From Amoebophrya sp. A120 (Eukaryota > Protista > Dinoflagellata): a stretch of 64,000 nt of DNA. This document shows, one piece after another, positions 36,101-47,907 of this stretch. Location of the stretch: contig CAJINV010000013.1 of NCBI GenBank assembly GCA_905178155.1, positions 610,344-674,343 on the forward strand. Direction: 5' to 3'. A program made the position numbers and the translations under genes. Each line of letters begins with the position of its first letter. Positions within the stretch are counted from its first letter, which is position 1. The notes below the pieces were generated by a model. The model worked only from the letters and a program-made list of their open reading frames with translations, was not told the origin of the DNA and searched no databases.

Positions 36101-38485
36101 TCCTGGAGATGTTTTCAAGTTGGCGAGCCAACCTCACTTGATGAGGATGCTTGCCCCGCCGACGATGCGGCGTACCTGTGGCTGAACAAAGGATCATTGG
36201 TGCAAGATTACCAGACCGGGGTGCCGCGCCCTTCTGTTGCCGGCTTCTTGACGAAAAACCCCAAGGCCACGGGAGCGTGCATACTGCTGCCGGGGCGTGG
36301 GGTCACCGAATCAGTGTATGGCTCCTGGTCAGACTGGGCGAAGAATTCTGCGTGGTTGCAGTGCGGAGATGCAGGGGTGCCGACCACTGTGGCGAACTTC
36401 GACACCACTCGTCTGGACGCGGCCGCGGAAGTCGCCACGCATGTGAGTGTGAAGTGGGAAGCGCACAATTCACCGCCCGAGTTGACGCCGTACATCTGCA
36501 AGCAGGAGTGGAAGGACAAAAAATGCGACGACGTGGATGAACAAGTTTGTACTTCCCAGGGTTCTTCAAGTAATAGTGCGCAGGAGGCTCCGCGGTGCGA
36601 CGTCAAGCCCTCTCCTGAGCTCGCGCGCAAACATGAAGTCGGTAGCGCACTTGACCAGAAGGGGAAAGTCCCGCAGGCGGTAAAGGATATGGTAAACGAC
36701 AGAGGAAGCGAGTATGAAAAAGCGCACGTGCCAGACCTCCGCGAATTGGAAGGTATCGAAAGAGTAGATCACCTTTGGATTCAGTCGACCGAAAAGGCAG
36801 ACGTTGTTATGCAATCTGCTGCGCGGGCTACTGGTGCGACGACGTCGGGCTGTTTCGCGCTGCCCCCAAAAAGTTCCACGTTGTTGCCGAGCGACGAGGA
36901 GAAGGACCCAGCGCAACTATGGTGGAGCTGGTTGAAGCAGTCGTCGGAACGGGTGACGCCGTATTTGTGGGGGTGTCAGTACACGCATCAGCTCCGCTGG
37001 GGATGGAGTTACATCGATAATAGTACTCAAGCGGCTCTTGATTGGTGCACACCAGGGAAAATAGATTGCGAGGGTTTGTGCACAGACCCTGAGTGTCGGT
37101 TCTCGTATGTGGAAAACCCATTCGCGTAAACACAAACAACATCGGAGGTGGACGGCGATGGTCCGGTTCCGTCACACATGAGCGTGGTCTTCAAGTTCAA
37201 ACAAACCAAGGACAAATACAACAAGGTCATCGATACGCAAAAGTACTACACTCTCACGCAGCACGTTTGCGAATCATCGCGAGCAACCACCTGCGGCCCA
37301 CCCAAATGGGACTACAAGTACCGGATCCAATCTGAATCAGAAGCCGAGGAGAATACGGTACGCCTGAAAAGAGATGGGTGGGCGGCGTGTCAGCGGCTCT
37401 GCAGTCGGGATTGGTCGTGCTACGCGTGGACTTTCAACGAAAAAACGCCGAAAGGTGGCGGTGATTGCATGCGATTTCCTGTGGCGTCCCTCACAAAGAT
37501 GCCTGCTCCCCCGGAGAAAGGGCAAGGGCGCTGGATCGCGGGTATCTGTAATGACGCCCTCGAGGATGAGGATATTCCATGCACCGACGAAGCAGATCAG
37601 GACTGCGCCGCCCAGTCAACGCGGCCACCATCTTGGTGGGCAGACGGAAAGAAAGGTTGGGCTAAGGGGGGTTGTGACTCAGACGTGCTAGCGGAGTTGT
37701 CGTCCTGGAGGTGTTTTCAAGTTGGCGAGCTGAGGTCAATCCCACTTGACTGCTCTGACGATGTACTGTTTCTGAACGGGGGGTCCCTTGTGCACGACTC
37801 CTGGACTTTTGCCGGGAACTGGCAAGGCCACAAGAACGTGGAAGAAGCTTGCTGGGTGATGCCGGGGCGTGCCGTCACCGAGTCGGTGTATGATTCCTGG
37901 TCAGACTGGGTGAAGAGAGATCAGTGGTTGCAGTGCGGAGTTACAGGGGTGCCGAAAACTGCGGCACAAGATTTCGACACCAATCGTCTGGACGCGGCTG
38001 GGGAAGTAGCCACGCATGTAAGTGTGAAGTGGAAAAAAGGAGCGTCGTCCGTCGAGTTGACGCCTTACATTTGCAAGGATTCACTTATCCTGGTTGAAAA
38101 CGTACCGTCCCCATATGTTTATTTTTGTCATGTAGCTCTGCATGGTGCAGCCGGTGCCCATTTCCATATCCATACACCAGAGAGACAAAAAGGCGCCATG
38201 CGCAGCACCCACGGCCAAGATTTCTGGGGTTGTGTAGCAAAGCCACCATTTTGAGTATGGTGGGGGGGTACGCTTTTAATCTGCATACCGGACTCGCCTG
38301 AACCCACCTCGTCCACCGCAGCTCCTCCTGCTGCAACCGCAGCTCCCGATACCGCTACCGGTACCCATTCTGGTCAAGAATCATTCTGGTCAAGAATCAT
38401 CAATCGTCGTCGGGGAGCAAGTTCGGCTCGTCGTCGTTCGGGAAGCAGAAGAAGAATTGGAGGTGGAGGTACGAGACGTCGATGA
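33138..38485 (+). pseudogene. Disrupted secreted Cys-rich protein gene with helical Cys repeats and two PAN/apple-like modules
   Basis: Signal-like N-terminus. Duplicated modules CxxxCxxDxxCxAWTFNEKTPxGGGDCxxF..RWIAGIC. Lesions: frameshift near 33262, TGA 33527, frameshift in the A-run near 35780, in-frame TAA 37127 between same-frame ORFs 35801 and 37148. Confidence 0.6.
38086..38287. mobile_element. Introner C (aged, B/G family, 202 nt)
   Basis: Left end tatcctggttgaaaacgtacc vs right end ggtacgcttttaatctgcata (16/21 complementary). TSD has decayed. Removing element+5 nt restores frame into the Pro/Ala/Thr-rich tail. Confidence 0.7.
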
Positions 38486-38668
38486 GGCTTCCTGACCCGC
38501 TTGAAAAATTAGTTCTGCCTGTCCTCCAGGACAGGGAACTAAGTTAGTACTTTGTTTCCAGTCCCGTTGTTGTATCGGCCGCCCCTGGCTGAAATTACAT
38601 CATATTTATACAAACACTTCTAGTTGCGAAATATATTTTTTCAAAACAAGAAAAGTTGCAACTGCGGT

Positions 38669-39518
38669 GCGGATCCCGTGCCTCCGTTCTGTCGATTGAT
38701 TAGCAGTAGACCTCTACAGTAACACAAAACTACAAAAAACGAAAAAGTTGTAATAGAATAAGCATCACATGTTAAAAACCAGCTTGCTGCCTTCTTCCTC
38801 ACCCTGAAACTAAGTAGCCTCCTGCTAGTCCCCCAGAAGATGTACCCTCACCCGAAGTTGATTGAGTGCTACAGCTACAGCATCCACAAAACATAAACAA
38901 AGGCAAAAAGCGTAAATGCGCGGAGCCCGCACATTCGTCCTGTCGATTGATTAACAGTAGACCACAGAGACACGGAAGTAATATACTTTTTTCTTAGGAC
39001 CCGTTAACAACTCTTTCCTTTTCACCCCGTGAAAGAAGCAGCACGACTTCGACGAGAATGAAAGCGTGACACATGATCCACGACAAAAATAAAAAAAGAA
39101 CATGATCGGCGTTCTCTGTGGTACTTGTGTAGTAAGTGCTCGAGCGACGTTCTACCTTTTATCTTTCCGGCCACTATGTTTGGCATAGTTCTCCCCTTGC
39201 TTCGGCTCAAGCTACGTCCCAGGTGCGGGTATTAAAAAGGGCCGGCCTGCCGTGTAAGCCTTGAGTCGTGACACTCCGACGGCACGAAAATCGGTAAAAA
39301 AAAAGAAAAAAGGCGCCGCCGCTAGGACCGTAATAATATCGAAGGAGAAGCGAAAGGATAGAAAGCCTCCATAAAGACAGTCAGCACTTGCGCGACGATA
39401 GCTTGACCTCCCTGTCGTATTGTAACCCAATGGCAATATGGTTGTAGCAACAAGAAGTGCAAAGAAATGGATGCGCGGAACCCGCGCCTCTGTTCTGTCG
39501 ATTGATTAACAGTAGACC
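38669..39518. repeat. Three dispersed copies of a ~45-bp intergenic repeat (38669-38712, 38920-38963, 39475-39518)
   Basis: Consensus gcggaNcccgYRcMtYYgtYctgtcgattgattaRcagtagacc. Confidence 0.9.
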
Positions 39519-39549
39519 ACAGCGATACGAACCACGTATGTAAAATCAC

Positions 39550-39596
39550 TGTCGCACGCGCCGCCGACTGAAATTCAGTCGGCGGCGCGTGCGACA
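39550..39596. repeat. Perfect inverted repeat (23-bp arms, 1-nt spacer)
   Basis: tgtcgcacgcgccgccgactgaa-a-ttcagtcggcggcgcgtgcgaca. Confidence 0.95.
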
Positions 39597-40488
39597 TCGA
39601 CAACCTCAAACACAACATCATAGCTGCTACGATCAGCAGATTAAGATTTTTCACTGGCCGTAGAGGTTCTTCTTCTTTTTCCAATCCTGAGTGTTCGCGG
39701 TTTTATTTGTGTACGCGTTGGCAACATTATTAACATTAAGGCCTGAGAAAGGGAAAAAAAAGGTACGTGGGCGCACCGCATCGGCATCGTTCTGCATAAG
39801 TCGAGCCAGGGGCTTAGTTTGAAAAATTCCAAGAGTACACTGCCATTTTTTTTTTCGGAGGCTCGCGGTCTCGAGGAACATGGATAGGGGAGGTAGTTAA
39901 TCGTCTTGCAGTTGTGGTGTTTTTTTTTTCATTGGCTCCTGGTGTAGTCGTTTTTATCTTCTGCGACCGCATTGACTTGCTGCTCATCTTTATTATAGAG
40001 CGGGCAACACGAGACTGACACTGAGTAGACTCTTTGTCTTTTGTCGTCTTCGTACTTTTTGATCGTAGATGCGTAGTCTTTCGCACTGCCGGTTTGAGAG
40101 TCCAAGTCCTCCTTCTGTTTGCTGAAAGCAGACGCGGAGAAAAGACGAGTAGAAATAGTGGCTCATGTGGTTCACGGGTTTATGTTTAATAGTTTTGCAC
40201 AAAAATGGTCGTAAATGTCTTCGCCCCATCCGCGAGGAGGAAGCCCTTTGTTCGATATTCGTTTTTCCGTTTTTTGTCGTGAATAGTACATACCAGGAAC
40301 GAAGATCTGTAGATGACGAACGTGACTCTGGATTCGGCTTTTTCTCTTTGTTTGGTTTCTAAATCTACGTAAATCCTTCTCCTTGTCTTCCTTCACCCGA
40401 ATGAACAACTTAATACAGTAGCAGAACGAAGTCGAAGTGGGAAATTTCACATATGAGGCATTAGAACTCGTAAATTCCGTCCTTCATT

Positions 40489-43400
40489 ATGCAAATCCCA
40501 AAGCTATCCTTGCCCGTGGAGGTGGCACCTGGAGTGGACGCTGCTTTATCCAGTGGGGCGATGAAGCACCATATTGATAGCACAGAAGTTGATGGAACAA
40601 AGTCACCACAACCGGAGCTGCAGGAGCAGGACGAATTGCAGAACGCAGTAATTCAGCAAACAAATCTTCCTGGGTCATCAAAAAGCAACATTGCAGGAGA
40701 TAAACATCAACAGCAGGAGGAGCCAGCAAGTGGAGTCACTGCGGTAGCTGCGTCGTCGTTACAACACCCTGTGAAACAAGAACCGACAGCGTCGATGGGC
40801 ATCAGTCTAGTAGCAGCAACGACCACAACGACCCGGGCGAAGCTCATCACGCTTGCCCACCGGTTGGACCCGAGTAACCGGTGGACACCCCGGGGTAGAG
40901 CTCCTGATGTCGTGCCCGGGAAGATTGCTTTTCCCGACAAGATGACGCAGCAACCTACGCGCCAAGAAGCAGAAGGCGCCCGAGTTCTACTTGTTCCGGA
41001 CAGTACGGTTGTATCTGCTTCGACATCTTCGCACCGAGGTCTTGATAATGCAACTCCTACATCTTCAGCATCAGCAACTGCTACTGCAGCAGCGAACAAA
41101 ACAAGTTCGTCTCGCGACCACTTGTCCTCCGATCTGCAACTACTCCAGCTTTACAACGCGTCGTCCGCCACCTCTAATCCCCGCAGCCCGCGTTTTCTGA
41201 TGAAGAAGCATCGCGAAAACGCGGACGGGTCCGCAACGCCAAAAATCACTGCGGTGACGCCCCGGATCATGCGCGAAAAGTTGCTTGCGGAGCACAGCTC
41301 TGCAGCAGTACAAGACGCAGCAGCACTCCGCGGTAGCTGTGAGGAGAAGATCACGACAGGAGTGGAATATCAAGCCGGAGAACAAGGTCAAGGACCACCA
41401 AATAAATCCTCTTCTACCCCACGAAACAAGGCCGATGTCGTACCGAATCCCGTTAATATTTTCACGCCGCGTCTGGAGCTTTTGAAGTCTTCACCGGTAC
41501 TGCGGTTCTACGGGTACTTTTTGGAGGCGGTACACATGGGCACGATCGAAAACTGCCGTGTGAGAAAGCTCACGCTGCTCTACTACACCGCCGACGACAC
41601 CATCGCATTGCTGGAACCCCGGGAAACCAACTCCGGGTTGGTGCAGGGCGATTTCCTTAGACGGCAGCAAACCTTTGCGCAACGGGGAGGTACTTTCACA
41701 TAGGCGGATGATTGTAGCAGGCATGATGAATGATTCATGATGATGATGAAGATAATGAAAAGTCTGGTGCTCATGATGAGGAATGATGATGTATGAGCAT
41801 GAGGTTCTTTTACCTTTCAATGCATGATTTTGGCACAGCATGCCTTATGAAAATAAGGTCGCCGGGTGCTTCTCTCCGATCTTGCTCTTGGCAAAACGGT
41901 TCAAATTTTTGGACGCTCCATTCGATTGGTGGAGTGCGACGAAGCGACCAGAACATTTTTCCAGGAGAACCGGAAACCGCTCGGTGAAAAGGAAACCTAC
42001 CCGGAGAGTGTATGGGACGGGAATTTTGTTCGTATTGTGCAAGATTCAGTTGATGCATAGTGCAATAGACAAGGCTGGCGTTGCTCTGGCTTTAATGCTA
42101 ACGTTCTTGTGGCGCATTCCTTTGGGCGATACTTGTTCTTGATTCGCTCGTACTCGTTTTGCTTGGTTCTCTCGAAGTTTAGAGTGTGAGTTTGCAAGAA
42201 CCTGTTGTCTGCCTTGCTGGTTGTATATCAATTTGCTTCTGCAACGTTCCGTTTCTACTGTCCATATCGGCAATTGAAGCTCTACGAGCAGAGGCGGGCA
42301 AAGATGTACGATTCAAGTCGAAAAATCACTGAGGCTGCAGCGGGATCAAGCACACCGAGAACGGTATCTATCTATTTTCATGTGAGGCCGCTACTTGTAG
42401 TAGTCTTTCAGTACTAGTACCACTCTGTTTGTGCTTCATCGAATGATATGTGGTGTGCATGATCTTCGATGAAACTGATGCTCAAAACAACCACGACATC
42501 AGCTCCTACAAGACCTCGGAAGTACGCCGCGGAGCTCCTTTGGTCAGGAACCCGCGAAGAAGCCGGCAGTGCTGCGGTTTTTCTCTTTCAGAAACACCGG
42601 AAAAGGTGGAGCTGAGTTCTCAACCTTGACGGAAGATGAGAATAGCAATAAGCGGACAGTAGAGAAAACTACTGGTGGAGCCAAACAAGAAATAAAACCG
42701 ACCACCTTGTTGTCGGAGGACACCACGACCTTGTCCCCAGCAGGCGCCCTCTATTCCCTTCGGCAGTACTTCACGATTCTGTTTCACACGGAAGATTCTA
42801 CGATTGAGATCATGCGGCAGCCAACCGGAAACACGTACCCGGTAGGAAAAACCACGGCGGAGGGAAAGAGTCTCTACCACAGCCGCGCCGCGGTGCCGAG
42901 GAGTCAGTTGGCAAGCTCCGCACGGTGCATGGTTACCCGCGTGGGGATTGGTACTTACTTCTACCTTTTTACCTCGGATTTGTGAAATCCGAATCGGGCT
43001 CCACAGTGCTTCATCTGAGCTTTTTTGCTGCAGCGACGGCCTCCTTGCATGACCACTCGCTCGGTTGTGGATCATGTCAACAAGATAAGGTTGTACTAAG
43101 TTCTTACAGCGAGCATTTCGCTCGGACCTTTTTCAGTCCAACTCAAAAACAAAAACAGCTCCGAGCCCTGGAGAACTTGTCCAAGCTGAAGATCTGCAAA
43201 CTGGGTCGATATGAGAAGAAGTGAAGCCTCTGAAAACTGGTGTCTCATCGCGTAGAATCAATCTCGTATGTCTGTGTAGCGCTACTGGGGAAACGAGCAC
43301 AAAATGCATTTCGCTTTCATCAGAGGACGAGCACCCGCAGCGTCCTTCTCGTGGTCTTCCGTGCGGACTCTGACTCAAGTTTCAAACACTATACTTCACC

Positions 43401-44927
43401 TTTTCCATATTCTTCTGTTATCCTTTACGGTGAAGAGTTTCATCTGTATGATTGCGACGAGAAAACGAAAGACTGGTACCACGAGCGGCAGCTCATCGGA
43501 GCGACACCGGCACCGAACGGGACCACAATGAACGTCAATGCTACAACCTCCATCATCGAGCAAAAAGATTGCAAACACCTCTATTTTCCGACCGGCGTGG
43601 ACCCCGAGACTGGCGCGCAAGTCGTCTACACGAACTACGCCGTACCCTTGTCCTTCTGCCCCGCAACTGGGGAGCCAAAGTTGGCTTGTTCCAGCGATTT
43701 CTCTTCTTCGGGGATGAATAACAACGGAACGTCGAGCAAGATGAAGACCGGAGCAAAAATGTTGTCCACTAGTACGACCACTTCGAACAAGATGAAAGGC
43801 GCCCGGATGGCCGCGTATCGCAACGTGGTGCTGAGATTTTCCGGAAAATTAGTCGACGACGATTTGGTATGGGAGCGGGAACGAAATAATTACTACTTAC
43901 AACAGCATGCTGCGTTGGCACACGTGCTGTGTTCACAAGCTACAACATGAAGAAGATTTCAGCGCTTCTAAAGAAGGAATAGGTATCGCTATCTAATGAA
44001 AAGAGTATGCTGGGCATGACAAGGACAAGCGCACAAAATCGCATTGCAGACTCTTCCGCTGTTGTAAGTAAAAATGAACTTTTCTTCCTCATAACCCAAG
44101 CGCACTTTTGTGGTTGCCTTTTACCTCGCAGATAACACCGTGTCCGTTTATGAGCAGCGGCAAGAAAATTCCGGATTCACAGGCGGAAATTTCATTCAGC
44201 GCATCGCGCTGCGGAACGTGGAAAAGAATCGGAAGTATTGGAGAAGTGGAAGTCTTTTTTTCTTTCTTTTTGTATCTTTCTTTGTTTATTGTTCACGTGA
44301 AAGATGTAAATGATTATCAAAATCTTTCAGAAACATTGCACTCACGAAAGATATTCCCTCTCACTGCAGTTTTCTCCCCAGCGATTTCTTCGTCGGTGCG
44401 ACCGTGAACCTGATCGCGAAAAAGTTTTTCCTCTCGAAGGCGGACGAATTCACCCTGCGCTTCATGGAGCAGCACCCGAGGGTCTTTCCGAAGGCAGACT
44501 TGGTGGGGAACGGGAACTTGGAAAAAATTTTGACGAAATCTCGCGTGGAGGACTTTGAAACACCGCATCAATTGAAGCAGTATTGTGCGTCCGAGCTGAA
44601 CTTGACGGATCTATCGGACCAAGAAGTGCTGACGCTGGTATAACGTTCTTGGAGTCGTGCTCAAAAAGAGCATTTCGTTTTCATTTATGACATCATCATC
44701 ATGTTGACTATTTTCATCGCGTGAATGGATACGATATCGATAGCGTCGTCGCGCGATTCCAAATTTGCTCACCAAAACAACTTCCTCTCGCATGCTTGCA
44801 GGTGCGCTTCAGTGGACCGGGTACGGATGAGCAAGACGCGACGATTCGGTTGGGCAAGGTCCGGGAAGCGAGGAAAGAGTTGAACATCGTGGAAGACAAG
44901 AACGAGCACCTGCTGCTCGTGGCGTAG
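40489..44927 (+). CDS. EFHC1/EFHC2 (RIB72) family axonemal protein with three DM10 domains; exons approx. 40489-41689, 41858-42009, 42280-42363, 42503-42950, 43159-43208, 43414-43866, 44101-44234, 44370-44637, 44802-44927
   Basis: DM10 motifs VLRFYGYF..YYTADDTIALLEPRETNSGLVQGDFLRR, LYGEEFHLYDCDEKTKDWY, VLRFSGKL..FYLADNTVSVYEQRQENSGFTGGNF. Introns are frame-consistent. Confidence 0.85.
43210..43409. mobile_element. Introner D (aged, 200 nt) in DM10 domain 2
   Basis: tatgagaagaagtgaag / cttcaccttttccata. Removing 205 nt gives DLQTGSSVILYG, matching DM10 spacing in repeats 1 and 3 (DLALGKTVQIFG, DFFVGATVNLIA). Confidence 0.75.
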
Positions 44928-46213
44928 TCGTAGAGAAAAGGAAGGGCCATTCGTGTCAATCATGAAAACTACCAGAGTACAAAGACCAGCAGGATGATAA
45001 CGTCAACGTCAAGCACGATGCTCCCAACCGTGTAGAGTCTTTTTCATTGCCTAATGTAAGATGATAGTGTGAAATTCAATTTCAAATTCTTATAATGCTT
45101 TTGCTTTTCTACTAAAAATAAACTAAAACAGCAGCTGCACATGCGTTTACTGTAGTGATACAACTGATACACGTCCCAACATCAGGCCTAGAATCCATTG
45201 AAAAAAGAATGAAACAAACTACTTACGGAAAGAAAATCCAAGGTTGCTGTAAAAGCTGGAATAGATGAAGAGTTGAAGAGTGATAAAAAGATGGGATGCG
45301 TTACTTACCTTGAGATAGAGAACTACCAACGGAAACGGAACAGTAACGGCCAAGTTGTATGTAATGATCGCAACGTACTGTATGTCAGTCGAATAGGTAC
45401 TAGCAAGTTTCATTGTGCATGTTTTGTCAAAAATAGAAAACATTAACTATCCATTGAGCCGTGAGCACTGAACGAGCACCGTTATGAAAAAAGCGATGAG
45501 AGTTTCAAAGCGACTTTTGCGATTTCATCGGGTCAAGGATGGCGAAGAGCCTCTGCGTTTGCAGGTTTTGTCTTGCTACCTGGTCAGGTCTTAAGTATCG
45601 ACGACACCGACCGCTGCTCAACTTGAAAGGTCGACGGTTGTCTCCAGTAGTAGTGCCGGCGATCGTTCACGTTCTGGGGCTTTTCTTCGAGGTTGAGGTC
45701 GCAGCGGATTGAAAGCTGCATTGGCTTTTCGCTCACGATCAGGTGGTGTCCTCGTCGCCCTCATCGCGTGAGATCAAGAGAGAATGATGAGGGTCGTGCT
45801 GCCATCAGTTTTGTCGAGGTTGAAACTGACTACGAGTGCAGGCAGCAGGCTGCATTTTGTCTTTGAGCGGCGAAACGAAATTAGAAAACTTGCCATTATA
45901 GTGAAGTAAACCCGGGCTGCAAGGAAACGAAACTGTTTTTTGACAGAGCAGTCAACATAACAACTGCGAGGTTTCAACGGATTGAGACTGATCCTCAGAT
46001 GCCAACTTCTCCTGCCATAAACCCAACTGCGCACGGTGCGCTGCGAGGACATTAAGATATCAGCCAGCCCATCATCGAAGTGAGTCACCAACCAACACGT
46101 CGACACACGACACTGCTCTGAAGGACGTGGCTGACTACTGATTCCAGTACTACCGCACGATCATCGCTAGCTCCCTTCCGGGACCATTGAAGAAAGATTT
46201 ATTCCGTTCCATC

Positions 46214-47039
46214 ATGAAGATGCTGTGGGGGTCGATCAAGTTCAAGTGCCTTGTCCCTGCGTTTTCGAGCATCTTCGTCGCGGCGCATGATGATGTCGCG
46301 TTTACCATGACGGGGGGCGGAGGGGGCAAGGACGCTAATCCCGAACATCAAGAGCTGGACGGTCAGGCCAAACAAGAGCGTGGCGATGTAGTGAAGGGGT
46401 TTGTCGATCATCGCGCCGGTGCACAACATTATGCCAACCATGCTGATGATGATGACGATGAGCAAGAGTTTGAGTTCTCCGACCCTGCTTCGTATGCAAT
46501 CTGTAAAAAGTAGACTAGAAGGATAGCCGTGTGTACCACATCCAAACGCCTTCTGCGGCAAGGAAGATAAAGTACTATAAGGAAAAAACTCGCGAAGTCG
46601 AGGATGATTAATCTTGAAAGAATGTAACAGTGACAGAAGAAGCATTGAAGTGTTTGGATAGCCGTGTAACACAGAGAACAAAATCAAAATTTGGTTGCAT
46701 AAGCTAGAGCAGGAGCAGGGGGCAAACGGCGAAGCAGAACGAAACCACCTCTTCATCAACGAGAAGAAGCAAAGAACGCAAGTGATGCCGGATGCGTCCT
46801 TCTACCAGGTCGAGACCCGGACAGAAACAAGTGGCAAGAAGAAAAAAGTGAAGATGATGGAAACGAAAAAGACTACCCTGAGGCCAGTATGGCCTGCCAG
46901 GTGGCGAAGCCGGAGCGGACAGGGAGACGACAAAGTAGAAGCTGTAGCTGGGTTTAGGAGCGAAACGCACGCCGAGGCGACCGCAAGAGCGAAGGACTTG
47001 TTTGACGAAGCGTTTGCCGCAAGACGACTGGTGCGTTGA
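46214..47039 (+). CDS. Probable small secreted hypothetical protein; 3' end uncertain
   Basis: Signal-like MKMLWGSIKFKCLVPAFSSIFVAA followed by an acidic segment. Interrupted by a TAT..ATA element at 46493-46701. Confidence 0.4.
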
Positions 47040-47907
47040 TGAATGTTCTTTTTTCTGATTCTTATTCACAAAAAAGGATCGATGAATCACACACTATGCA
47101 ATCCATTATTTTTATGCAAATTCTTCACTTCTATCTAATTCTATTCGGGATCGTTCTATTCTTCCATTGTGCTGACATCATAGATGGAATGTTGGGAGTA
47201 GGAAACGTTGCACCACCGTTCTCCGCATCCGGGATTACGCGTAATGCTGAACATGTCGCCAATCACCCCAAGGACGAACACAGCACCACGGCCGCAAGCG
47301 AAGGCACAAGCCCGAAGTCGGGATCGAGCAGCTCAGATGTTCGGGGGAGGTTGTGATTGTCCAGCAGCGCCTCGACCTCGTAGGGTTGATGAAGCATTTG
47401 TTTGATTAGAATGATAAAAGAAAATGAAAAAAATGGATGTGAACATAAAATAAAAGAACAACTGAATCTTTATCGACCAATACAAATGCGAAGTGAAAGG
47501 AAAAGTCAAAGTCACAGCTTTATTTTGTAATTCATTGCACCAGCACGAGTTGTAGTTGCGACAAGGTATTTAAGAGGTGGTAACTACTGCAGTGGTTTTT
47601 TCGCGTACGTAGATTGTGTAGGAGAGCTGCAAAAAAAAAAGTTTTTCGTGTGTTCCAGATGTGCGACAGGATGAGAATGTGAATGAAAAGTAGCAGTGTC
47701 AAAGCTACATTCGCTCTGCGCTCACCTCGTCACTCTCACTTCGCAGGATCAAGAGAGAATTACGTTGAGGGTCGTCGGAGTGCTTCTGGTGTCATGAGTT
47801 TTGTCGAGATGGAGAAGATTCCATGGACTGGTGGGCTGCGCTTTGTCTTTGAGGAGCGAAAGGAAAATAGAAATCTTGCCAAAGCGAGCGACAATAAAAC
47901 GAACTAA

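Noticed and set aside
39201-39212. ggctcaag resembling the 3' end of the dinoflagellate spliced leader
   Set aside because: Only 8 nt match, there is no following GT donor, and the rest of the SL is absent.
38669-39518. CRISPR-like repeat-spacer array
   Set aside because: Eukaryotic context, irregular spacing of hundreds of nt, no cas genes.
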